From positions 258,878,887 to 258,942,886 of the forward strand of contig NC_058134.1 of the NCBI RefSeq assembly GCF_016433145.1: 64,000 bases of DNA, read 5' to 3'. The DNA is from Gracilinanus agilis. Its lineage: Eukaryota. The position numbers and the translations under genes are program-made. This document shows, in pieces, positions 50,567-61,264 of the stretch. The notes under the pieces were generated by a model, which was not told the origin of the DNA, made no database searches, and saw only the letters and a program-made list of their open reading frames with translations. Each line of letters starts with the position of its first letter. The first letter of the stretch is position 1.

Positions 50567-50761
50567 TTTTTTTTTTAAATAAAACCCCTTACCTTCCATC
50601 TTAGAATCAGAACTAGGTATTGGTTCCAAGACAGAAGAGTGGTAAGGGCTAGGCAGTTGGGGTTTGGTGACTTGCCCAGGGTAACACAGCTGGGAAGTGT
50701 CTGAGGACAATCAGAGGTCTCTAGGCTGGTTCTTTATCTACTGAGCCATCTAGCTGCCCCC
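50567..50761 (-). mobile_element. CORE-SINE in the BBS10 intron
   Basis: Head, CORE and tail visible. Confidence 0.85.
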
Positions 50762-51622
50762 TCTAAAGATTATAAGTTACAGAGAAGGTGCTTACTTGCA
50801 TTGATAGAAGGAGTTCCCTGAATCAGAGACATCAATAGGATCAGTCAATATTCTGCATATACATAATGTTTATATACTACACAATGTGTGTATTAACACA
50901 AACATATGTGTCCACATATACATGTTATTGTAACGATATATGTGTATACTTCATATCTAAACAAAGACTGAAATTCTGAATGGAGAAGCAGGCATATAGC
51001 CTGTTGCTACATAATAGGCTTGAGGGCAGGGGCTGTTTCCTATTTGCCTTTGTTTCCCCAGAACTCAACAAAGAGCTGAGCATATGCAAGGCATTTAATA
51101 AATGTTTGCAGGTTGACTGAAGGACTATCTTCCTGGCACTGGTGATACAAAGGCAACAGAAACAACAGGTACAGGCACATAAAGATATACCCAAAACAAA
51201 TTGAAGGTAATTCAGAACTCTATAAACTTTAGGGACTCAGAAAAACCTAATGTTTAAACTGAGTCTTCAAGGAAACTTAAGAATTTTCAGAAGCGAGAAG
51301 GAAGCCCAGCCCTGTTTTCAAATAACAGCCAAATTACCTATTTCCATGTTAGGGCTAGAACTTCACATGCTGTAAAGTTTATTTTTACTAATTCACAGTA
51401 AGTTTTGTTGCCCTAAAGCCCCTCTTCCACAAAGCATTAAGATGAGATATCTCTCTTTATTTCCAATGAGTTCTGTTAATGTAATTACTTAGAGGATTAT
51501 TATAGCAACAGAGTCGGTATCTTTTGAAAATTAAAGAACAATGTTTTCAACTTAAAATTACAGATTTGGACATATAAGCCATATGAGTCTTGACTGCTCT
51601 TTTTTTTTTCTTTTTCAAACAG

Positions 51623-53597
51623 GATGATAGTGACTTGTGTTTCCATGAATCAGAATGTGACTGGAGATGGTGCTAAAACATTCATTATCCTTCTTTGTGA
51701 TTTACTCCGAGGACTTAAGGCAATCACAGAGAAAGAAAGAGGTTCTTTTGGGGGAAGTATTCCAAGCCAAGAAAGACACTGGAAAAATTGTTGCCAGTGG
51801 AAATACATTTCTCAAGCAATTTTGACATTTCAGGCACATGTATTAGACTACATTATGGCTCAGTACTTGAGAAAACACTTTTTGACCATCTTTTCTTTTT
51901 CTGGAGAAGAAAAAAAAGTTTGCAGGAGCTCTCTAGAATCACTATTAGATGCATATTTTTGTGGAAGAGTAGGAAGAAATAATCAGAAATTTATTTCCCA
52001 GTTAACTTGTGATTATTTTTATAAATGTTTGCAGCATGAAGATGGCAAGGATGAAATGATTGATTTAGTAGATGAATATTTTCTGGAATTATGCACTGCT
52101 GTCACAGGACTTCCAGTTTCAAGTTCAAAGATCATATCAGGTTTTGTTATTCATAGAGATTTTTCTGTTTACTGTCCAGCAGATGGTGATATGAGAATAA
52201 TCATTGTAACCGAACCCATTCAGCCTGCACTTTCTACCTCTGGTTCTGAGCTGCTTGTAAATTCAGAAGCACAATTTCAGGCATCTCACATTTGGATTAC
52301 AGAAAAGACAAAAACCATAATGAAAGATTTGCAAAGTAAGGGTATAAAATTGCTTTTATCTAGTGTGAAGCAACAAGATGCAGTTATTTATTATGCAAAG
52401 CAGAATGGCATTTCAGTGGTAGAGTATATACCATCAGAGGAAATTTCTCTCCTTTGTAGGATCATTGCTCTATCACCTTTTATACCATCTTGGGCCACTT
52501 CAGAGTGTCATATCTCTGACGCTGCCTTAGTGACATTTTGTCGACCCATTTTGCTCAATTCCAGAAGGTATGTTCATCTTGGCTTACTTAGCACACACTC
52601 TTTCATACCTCACTGTTTAGTTCTTTGTGGACCGGTCCAAGGACTCACTGACCAGCATATTCGTGCTTTTCATGGAGCATTTAAAGTACTCCGGCAGGTC
52701 TTTAAGGTACTTTACCTCAGTTACAAAGTGCAAAGAAGCAACCAAAATGAGACTTCGAATTCTATTAATTCTAAAGAGAATAAACAAAGTCATCATTTGA
52801 TAGAAGTTTATAGAGCTTTGTTTGAAAAACAGCATCTGGACTCTGTTTTAATGAGTAAAGATAATCCATCAAGAACTCAATCTCATTTAAGAGGCACTCC
52901 AGATTTAGTGCTGTCAAGTATAGAATCAGAGAATGATATTCCAAGTACAACTCTAACACAGACACAAAAAATTAAGGAGGATTTTGAATCCCTATTGTGT
53001 TCTTATCCCAACAAAATTGGAATTGTTGATACCAAGGAACCACTTGTAGCTATCAACTGTAGTTGTAATGGTGATTTCTTGACAGATGTTCCTGATGATC
53101 ATTTAAGTGTCATTGAACAGACTTGCAAAATGAGCAAAACAGCCATAGACGTGACATCAAAGGAGGTATTTCAAGACACTTCTCAAAGTTACTGTACCTC
53201 CTTTATACAGGCTGGTTCTGTTTTACCGGTCGGAGGTCACTTTGAGATCCTATTACATTATTATCTTCTTGATTATTCCAGACAGTGCCAAAAGCCAGAA
53301 GTAAGTATGATCAGTTCATTAATAGCTAATGCACTGCTGAGCCTTCCAAAAACCCTTTATAAGGCTAAGAGAGGAAATAAAAGCTTTTGTCATGTGTACT
53401 TAAGAACTATGCATGCTCTACAAGCTAAGCAGGGGGTGGCAGGGAGTCCAGCAGGCCTCGAATCAGTAGCTTGTAAATACCAGTTACTGACATCAGTGCT
53501 TCACTGCTTGACGAAACTCTTAACCTTTGACTTGGTCATCAGTATTAATAAACAGCCTCAAAAGACTGGTGATGAAGAATCGGAAGAGGATGAGTGA
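51623..53597 (+). CDS. BBS10: BBS10 exon 2 (657 codons + stop); chaperonin-like Bardet-Biedl syndrome 10 protein, 721 aa in total
   Basis: Acceptor ttttcaaacag|G ATG. Contains GDGAKT (degenerate chaperonin GDGTT), AYFCGRVGRNN and LPVGG.FEILLHYYLL. The two-exon structure and position downstream of OSBPL8 match known mammalian synteny. Confidence 0.98.
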
Positions 53598-54040
53598 AAA
53601 TAGTTTTGTCCTCAGTGGTTTTTTAAATCTGGCTCTGTCTATAAAGGACAGGTGGAGAGTTGTCCCTCAGCCTATTTCTGTTGGTCTCTGCAAGATGAAA
53701 CTACAAAGTTAGGGCCCAGACTGGTGAAAAATGTAATAACTTTAAAAGCGTTTCACATTAGTATGGTTCCAAGCACCATGGTCGTTCTGTTTGTTTCTTT
53801 TTGTCTATATCTATTCTAGTTAGTGTTAACTATGCCAGAGGGAGAAAGTAGTAAGAGGTTTATCTGTCTCTTCCCTTCATTCCTCTTTTCCATTCTCTTT
53901 CTGTTTTTTGTACATTAACTGTCCATAATATAGATCAGATATATATTTTTATTTAAAATACCAAACAAATTTCAGGTTCTTTTTTGCATCCTGCCCTTAA
54001 TTATAGTAGTTTCCACTACTATTTATTCCATAGCCATACT

Positions 54041-54046
54041 AATAAA
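54041..54046 (+). terminator. Candidate BBS10 poly(A) signal
   Basis: First AATAAA I saw after the stop; an 8-bp hairpin (54003-54022) lies just upstream. Confidence 0.4.
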
Positions 54047-55151
54047 GAATACATATCACATAATTTTATTGTGGTTCTATTTAGATTTCTGCTTCAGATA
54101 GTTGCCATCTGTTATTTAACAAGCATTGGCTGACCCTAGGTCATTGATGGGAAAAAATTACTTAGAAAATGTTTGCTTAAATTTTTTTCTTGGAAACTAA
54201 TGGCTTTAATCTGAATAGAACAAACAGCCTTGGCTAAACTGATATTGACATCTGAATATTTAAAATTGCATTTGTAATGTTTAGAAATGCCAAATTGGGA
54301 TGCCTCTGCAGGGACAATCTACTTCTCTTTTCCCTAGCACTATCTACAGGGCTTTGTACAGTAATTGTTTAATAAATGTTTCTTGAATGAGAGAGCCTCT
54401 TTTTCAATCCATTCCTATTTATTTTTCCTTCATTCCATTTTGTAAAAGGCCTTTGATTGTACACATACTTTAGGAGATGGTTCAGGAGAGAACCATTCTT
54501 AAGGCTCTGATAAATCAACTGAAGTGATGACTAAAGTACTTAAGAGTCAATAAAGTCCTATCATAAGTATTTTAATAGTTCAAATAATTTTGAAATTCAT
54601 ACTATTAATAAGAATGCATTACTATCACATGGGAACACTAAAAGAAAACAAACCCATTTTTAGATAACCTATTTTTAAATATTCTCATTTAAGTTATTTT
54701 TCATTACCCTTCAAGTTATTAATTCCTATAGAAGTTATTTGGAATTGTATCTGTTTGCTCCTAGAAATAATATAAATGGACATTGTGTTTCCAGTGCAGG
54801 TGGTTCTTATCCTTAATATTAGGCCCATTGTGGGTTAATAACTGCATATAGTTACAAATAAGCATTATAAGGTTTTCAAAGTTTTTGTTGCCATAACCCT
54901 ATAATATAAGGAGAAAAGTTCAAATTGTTTGTGACTTACTCAGAGTCATACAGCTAGTCAAATCAGAATCTGGTTTTAACTTGAGTGTCTTGACTCCCAT
55001 CTTCAGAGCTCCTTCCATTATACCACACTCTCTTGAAGAACTGTTAATAGTACCATAGAATGTGTAACAGTGTTTCCATGGGAAAATGCCTTCAGAGTTC
55101 CAAGTTGTCAGGACTTCATTTCCCTGTAACCTCTGTAGGTGTCCCTTATGA

Positions 55152-55194
55152 GGGGGGGGGGGGGGGGGGGGGGGAGGGAGGAGGAGGAGGAAGG
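55152..55194 (+). repeat. G23 run followed by a (GGA)n tract
   Basis: Seen directly. Confidence 0.9.
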
Positions 55195-57330
55195 GCTATA
55201 AAAGCACATTAAAGGTGTAAAACACTTGCTCCTAATAATTGATCCACCAAGACCCATTTACCCCTTTTTAGGTCCATGGGGACTGACTCGTGGCTCAGTT
55301 GCAGAATCTTTTATATCCACCTCTGCTTCTTGCCTAAGGCTTCCCCATCCCCTTCTCTTTCCTTGTACAGCCACTCTGCTAGTTCAGGGCCCCTTTACTT
55401 CTGGTTTGGACTCTACTCAGAGCCTGCTGACTGTTCTCCAAGCCTCAAGGCTCTTCCTCCAATTCATCCTGACACAGCTGCCAAAGTGATTTTCTTTTCA
55501 TTTACAATCTGACCAAGTAATTATTCAAAAGATTCCAGTGGCTCTATTATCTCTAGAACAAAATAGAAACTCCTCTGTCTTGATTTTGAAGCCCTTCACA
55601 ACAGGGAACCAATCTATCTTTCCAGCTTTCTGCCATTCCACTTCCTGAACTCTAACTTAACTGGCCTTATTTTTTGTATTTGTCCTTTACAGAGAGGTCC
55701 TCCGTTTACATCTCTCTGCTTTTACACTGGCCATTTCTCCTGATTTGTCCCCAGCACACCCTCCCATGCCTGCAACATATTCCTTCAACAGTAATTCACA
55801 GAATCCCTCGCTTCCTCTAATGTGCAGCTCTAATACCACCTTCTACACCTATTGATTTCCCTCTTCACTCCCTCCAAAACTGCTAATGCTTTCTCCAGAC
55901 TACCTGATTGTCCCAGATAAGGAAACAGGAGATTAAATGATTTGTCAGTTGCATAGGTACTAAGTATCTGGTGAGATTTGGACTTGGGTCCTCTGATTTC
56001 ACAGCCAGGATTTTCTCAAGTCATTGACACCCCTGGTAAAATGTAGACTCTGAGATCATGGCCTGTTTCATTTTTGTTTTTGTCTTCCTAGTACCTAGCA
56101 TAGTGGCTCATCTCTACTTGTTACTTCCCTTGGCTAAAATCCCACCTTCAGTAGGAGGCCTTTTCTGACACTACATCCCACTCTTCCATAGCCTGTTGTT
56201 CTTTTCTGATTACCTTCCATCTACTGTGTCTATATTTTATATGTACCAAGCTATTTATATGTTGTATCAGCATATGAGCTCCTTGAGAACAGGCTTCGTT
56301 TTGGCCTTTTTCTTTATCCCTGAAATTGAGTACAGGGCCTGACAGCCAGAAAAGAGTTATTGACATGCCCACTGACCACTTGCTTCATGCTAGCAAATGG
56401 CTGATTTCATCCAATTGAGCTTGGGTGACATACTTGGCAAAGAATCTTGGTGGGCACAGATAGCCTACCATATTTCCTTTGGGTGTGGTACAACCACTAT
56501 TGTATACTTGAGATGGTGTTGAAGTCAGTCATATTATTTTCTTGTCAAGTTCATGGAATAAGCATTCATTAAGCAATAACTGTGTTGTCAGGCACTGTGC
56601 TAGGCATTAAGTACAAAAAGAAAACAGTCTTGCCCTCAATAATTTCCCCTAAAGGGAAGAACAGTATATGTATCATATTTACCTCTAGGTTGAGGTTCAT
56701 GGCTGGACAGAATTGGGATTTTTTTTGAAAAAACGGTAAATTCTTATGTTTTGTCTTGAGGAGGATTGAAGGCTATGCCTCTTCAAGATAACTTCAATAT
56801 GGTGTCTTCAATATGGTCAGCACTTACAGTTTATGACCCTCTAGGTACTGTCTGTCTGCCTATCATTGATTTCTCTTCTTTAGCAATAAGGTAAATAGTA
56901 CAATGAGCTGGGAGTGACCCAGAATAAATTGCCTTTTGCAATTTAGCAATTTGAATTTGTGGTACAGGAATGTAATGGAATATCATGTGCCAAAAAAAAC
57001 CCACTATAAATATGAAGACTCTAGAGAAGCACAAGAAGATTCATCTGAGCAAAATGAAATAATCAGAACCAGGAAATAACACACAGAATGACTACAACAA
57101 TGTAAATGGAAAGAACAGAAAAATCCTAGTCCAAGACTGATCATTCAGATGTGGGAATGGAATGGAGTGAAACAGTGTAAACTTGGTGAATAAAAAAGTT
57201 TACTTAGCAATAGTATAAAAAGGATATTTATCAAGGAAACAGCATGGATTTAATTGGGGGACTCCACATCTGCTATGGCACCATACCAATCAGAAAAGTA
57301 AATCAAGCTTGAGGAAAATCTCACTGAGTC

Positions 57331-57531
57331 AGGGCAGCTAGGTGACTCAGGACAGAGAGCCAGGCCTAGAGATGGGAAGTCCTGGGTTCAAATCAGACCT
57401 CATGTATTTCCTAAGCTATATGACTCTGGGCAAGTCACATAATCCCAATTACCTAGCCCGTACCACTCTTCTGCCTTGGAACCAACACTTGGTATTGATT
57501 CTAAGACAAGGTAAGGGTTAAAAAAAAAAAA
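57331..57531 (+). mobile_element. CORE-SINE
   Basis: agggcagctaggtgactcagg...ggtaagggttaaaaaa. Confidence 0.85.
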
Positions 57532-57582
57532 GCCATTGACTCATGTCCTGGCTTTTGTCCTTAGGTAAGTAGGAAGTTTCTC

Positions 57583-57816
57583 CTCCCTGGACACAGCCTT
57601 GTCGTAGTGGAGAGTTGCCAAAGAAGAACAGGTCATGGAGAGTTCTAACAAAAGGTGATCCACTGAGGAAGGAAATGGCAAACTTTTAATATCTTTCTCA
57701 AAAAAAAAAAAAAAACCCAGACAGTATTATGCTTGGACTGATCAGGAGATAGTGGAGGGAAGAAGGGCTTGGCATGCTATGGTCTTCAGGGTCACTATGT
57801 CAGGCGACTGAACAAG
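57583..57816 (+). mobile_element. Internally deleted RTE/BovB-type non-autonomous element
   Basis: 5' words ccttgtcgtagtgg and ggtgatccactgaggaaggaaatggcaaac are joined to the 3' end gggcttggcatgctatggtc..gggtcac..cgactgaacaa. Confidence 0.7.
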
Positions 57817-58894
57817 AGCAGGAGTTGCATCAAGGGTTCAAACTTCATCTGCAAAATGTCAGACACTGAGCTAGGCATTAGATACCAACAATATGAACAC
57901 CCTATTTGCCTCTGGGTTGAGGTTCAGCTCCAGTACTTTCGACTGCTCCCTCCATCTCTAGATGATGTGATAAAGCATTGATTAGTTTGTGGTTTTCAGG
58001 AAGATACATCAGTCTCAGGGAGAAATAACCTGAAATAATAAAAGCAAATGTGTTACAGTGATAGTGGAAAGGATCGAGATTTATTTGAAAAAGTAAATTG
58101 TATTTTGTCACGGGAACCATTAAAGGCTGCATCTTCAAGATGTCTCTAATACAGCCTTCGTTAATAGCAGCACCTGCCTCATGAGTTTTTGTGAAGACCA
58201 AATGAGATAATGAATATAAAGCATTTTGCAATGCTTAAAGCACCATAGAAATAGTTATTATTGATTCCTGAGGACTTGAAATAATGAAGGTGTAGGATTT
58301 TCATAATTGGCCTTGCTTCCAAGAGAATTGTTTTTCAAGGCCACTACACTGGGAGTATCTCTAGAATGCTTGTAAGTTGGGCCCCCTACTCCAATAGGTC
58401 TTCCTACTTTGGTTGGACTGGTTGTGTTTACCAGTATCTGGGGCGTGATGGTGGAGAGTCATTAGTGCCTGTGGACAGCGACCTGAGCTGCCATTCTAAA
58501 TGGCTCGAATTGCTTCACTGGAAACAGAAGGCTGAAGGTGTAATACTGCTACAGCAAAGGGAAGTGCTTGCTCAGATGACCTGGAACCATGGCATTTAGG
58601 TTCAGGGCTCTCGTTTTCTGGACTTGGCTTCCCTCTCTAGTCCCAGGTCTCCCCTAAGGTTCTCCCCAAACAAAAGAGCTTAGCTCTTCTCTTCCCTTCC
58701 AGGCCAGCAAGGACTATTATGCTAGTTAAAACTCCTGCCACAGATCTTAAACAAAAGCTGCTTCTCCTTGCCTGAGATTGATGCACTCAGGAAGCATTTG
58801 GCCCTGCTGTGGAAACCTTGGCACAGTCCTTACTGCCTTTGAGGCTAATGCCTAAACAAGCCCCAAAATTCTCTTCTGGATTTTCTATAATCAG

Positions 58895-58908
58895 CCAGCA
58901 GGGGGCTG
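58895..58908 (+). promoter_or_regulatory. CTCF-like motif CCAGCAGGGGGCTG
   Basis: Matches CCASYAGRKGGCRS with one mismatch. Confidence 0.5.
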
Positions 58909-58974
58909 TGCTTCTCTATTAATAGGATCCCTCAGCTACCTAATGATAAAATATTTCTATTTCTTAGGGGTAAT

Positions 58975-59166
58975 TTAAAAAAAACAAAACTCTTATCTTC
59001 TGTCTTAGAGTTGTTACTGAGTATCAGTTCCAAGGCAGAAGAATGGTAGGCACTAAGCAACTGGGATTAAGTAACTTGCCCAAAGTCACCCAGCCAGGAA
59101 GTATCTGAGGTTTCATCTCCAAACCTGGCTCTCTATTTACTGAGCCATCTACCTGCTTGCCCCCTT
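58975..59166 (-). mobile_element. CORE-SINE
   Basis: gttccaaggcagaagaatggtagg..gtaacttgccc..ctgagcca. Confidence 0.8.
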
Positions 59167-59669
59167 TAGGGGCAAAATTAAAGGACTTCACAGAGAAAGT
59201 GATGTGCCATCATCTCCCTAAATCTGTGCTCCTCCATCAGTTTTTCCCTGACACTCAGCTAGAAATGACTATTCTCTTTAATCTCTCAAATCACACTGTA
59301 ATATATAATATGGAGATTTATGCTATAATTATGGGCATATCTTAGCTCCTCTGCAAATTTGTAAGCTTTTCAAAGGCAGAAATCTTGTCTAATTTTATCT
59401 TTGTATCCCCTAGGGTCCTGGACTGAGTATTTTAGGTAAAGAGGGATAAATATTTAATTACATTGAATTGAATAGTATTTAGAGTTTCATACAATAGATG
59501 GAACAATGAAATTCAATTGTTTTCTTTGATTTTCTCAAAATAATGAAGAAAATAATAGTATCCCTCTAAGTGTGACCCTCTACCCCCTCCAAGGAGGAAT
59601 ATGACCTCATTCTGTTCAGACTAAAAAATTTAAATCTGGTTTTCTCTCAATAGTTAGGTGCACCACTCA

Positions 59670-59685
59670 GCACTAGAGGGCGCTA
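59670..59685 (+). promoter_or_regulatory. Strong CTCF motif GCACTAGAGGGCGCTA
   Basis: Near-consensus core; the CpG is retained in CpG-poor surroundings. Confidence 0.7.
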
Positions 59686-60137
59686 TAGGAAGCTGCCCAG
59701 TTGAAAAACTAACTGCCTTTCTCCTCTTGCCCATCCCTGTTATGGCTGACAACATTCATCTCATTAGTCTGCTGTAGAAAAATCCAATCAGATCGTGGAG
59801 TTTTCTCATGTTCTGTTCTAGAAATTTTTACCTCATGCTATTCCTGCTACATTTCATTTGATTTCATTTTGAAGGCATAACTATAGACAAGTCTTTTAGT
59901 CATTTAGAAGTGAATAAAAACAAATACATCAACCAGTGTGGCTCTCTCCTATCAGGCTATGTGATCTCCGCAGGTCAGGCCACATTCCAGTTTTGGCAAG
60001 CAATTAGAATTCAATTTCCTCCTCCAAGATACTCCCTTGGGGAGCTAAGCAAGGCACCCACTCTGGAGTTCTCCTACTCATGTTGAACTCTCCTTATAGT
60101 TAGTGCTTACTCTGTAAAGGTGAATCTGGAGCTCAGA

Positions 60138-60140
<3 letters not shown>

Positions 60141-60210
<70 letters not shown>
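60141..60210 (+). repeat. (TC)35 microsatellite
   Basis: Seen directly. Confidence 0.98.
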
Positions 60211-60212
<2 letters not shown>

Positions 60213-60835
60213 CTCTGTCCATTTGTCTCTGTCTCTCAGTCTCTCTCTCCCATCATATAAATATATATATATATATGAGCTCTTCCAGCAGTCTAGATTA
60301 GATGTTGATTTCTTCATCTCTGTGACCCATCTCTGTGCCTTTATGTCCACCTTTCCCACTGTGAGATGTGGGGGAAAGGATTTCCCTACTGAATGTAAAC
60401 AACCTAGTCTTTTAGACCTATTCAAGTGGCTTGAAGAAAAAAAAATACACCAGGACCCTCTTCCAGACTTCATTTTCCCAAATCTCTTTTCTCATTTTTG
60501 TCCAGTCTTTTAAACCACCTACCCCTTTGGTCATGGACCCAGCTCTGAAGCTTTGTGGGCAGTGTCTACAAGCATGCTTTTTGATCAAGGCATGGCTAAT
60601 GAATATTATAGCTCACATTTATATAATACTTTAAGGCTTGCAAAGTGTTTTTGCATAGATTATCTCATTCAATTCTCACAATGACCCTGTGAAGTAGAAG
60701 CTATTTTAAATTTTTTTTATAGATAAAGAAATTGAAGCAGAGAGAAAAAGCCAGAGGAGCAAGGCAGGATTAATAATTCCAACACTCTACTCACAGTACT
60801 ACCTAAATGCCTTCATTATATAGGAGGTCATTCTG

Positions 60836-61070
60836 CTGCTAGGTGGTGCAATGGATAGAATATTGGGCCTAAAGTTAGAACGATCTTCATGAGTTCAAAT
60901 CAAGACTCAGATACTTGTTAACCTGGGCAAGTCATTTAGCTCACTATAGTGCCTCAGTTTCCTCATCTATAAATTGAGCTGGGAGAGGAAATGGAAAACC
61001 GCTCCAGTGTCTTTGACAAGAAAACCCCAAACAGGGTCACAGAAGAGTCCTATGACTGAACAGCAATAAC
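60836..61070 (+). mobile_element. MAR1 SINE with a BovB-type tail
   Basis: gctaggtggtgcaatggatag..gaggaaatggaaaacc..aagaaaacccc..gggtcacagaagagtc. Confidence 0.85.
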
Positions 61071-61113
61071 TTTCTCAGCCATTCATTCAAGCCCCCGCCC
61101 TGGCCAAGTGCCA

Positions 61114-61166
61114 GTGACTAATACACCAGATTATATATCTTATATATAATCTGGTGTATTAGTCAC
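61114..61166. repeat. Perfect inverted repeat with 25-bp arms and a 3-nt spacer
   Basis: gtgactaatacaccagattatatat-ctt-atatataatctggtgtattagtcac. Confidence 0.97.
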
Positions 61167-61230
61167 CGTATATAGATATAGCATCAGATTAACTTTAAAA
61201 AAGAAAATTTACTTAAAAAATATAGCAAGA

Positions 61231-61262
<32 letters not shown>
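61231..61262 (+). repeat. (TG)~16 microsatellite
   Basis: Seen directly. Confidence 0.95.

Positions 61263-61264
<2 letters not shown>

Noticed and set aside
60078-60513. 131-aa and 96-aa ORFs
   Set aside because: They are kept open by the (TC)n microsatellite, giving ER/SL repeats.
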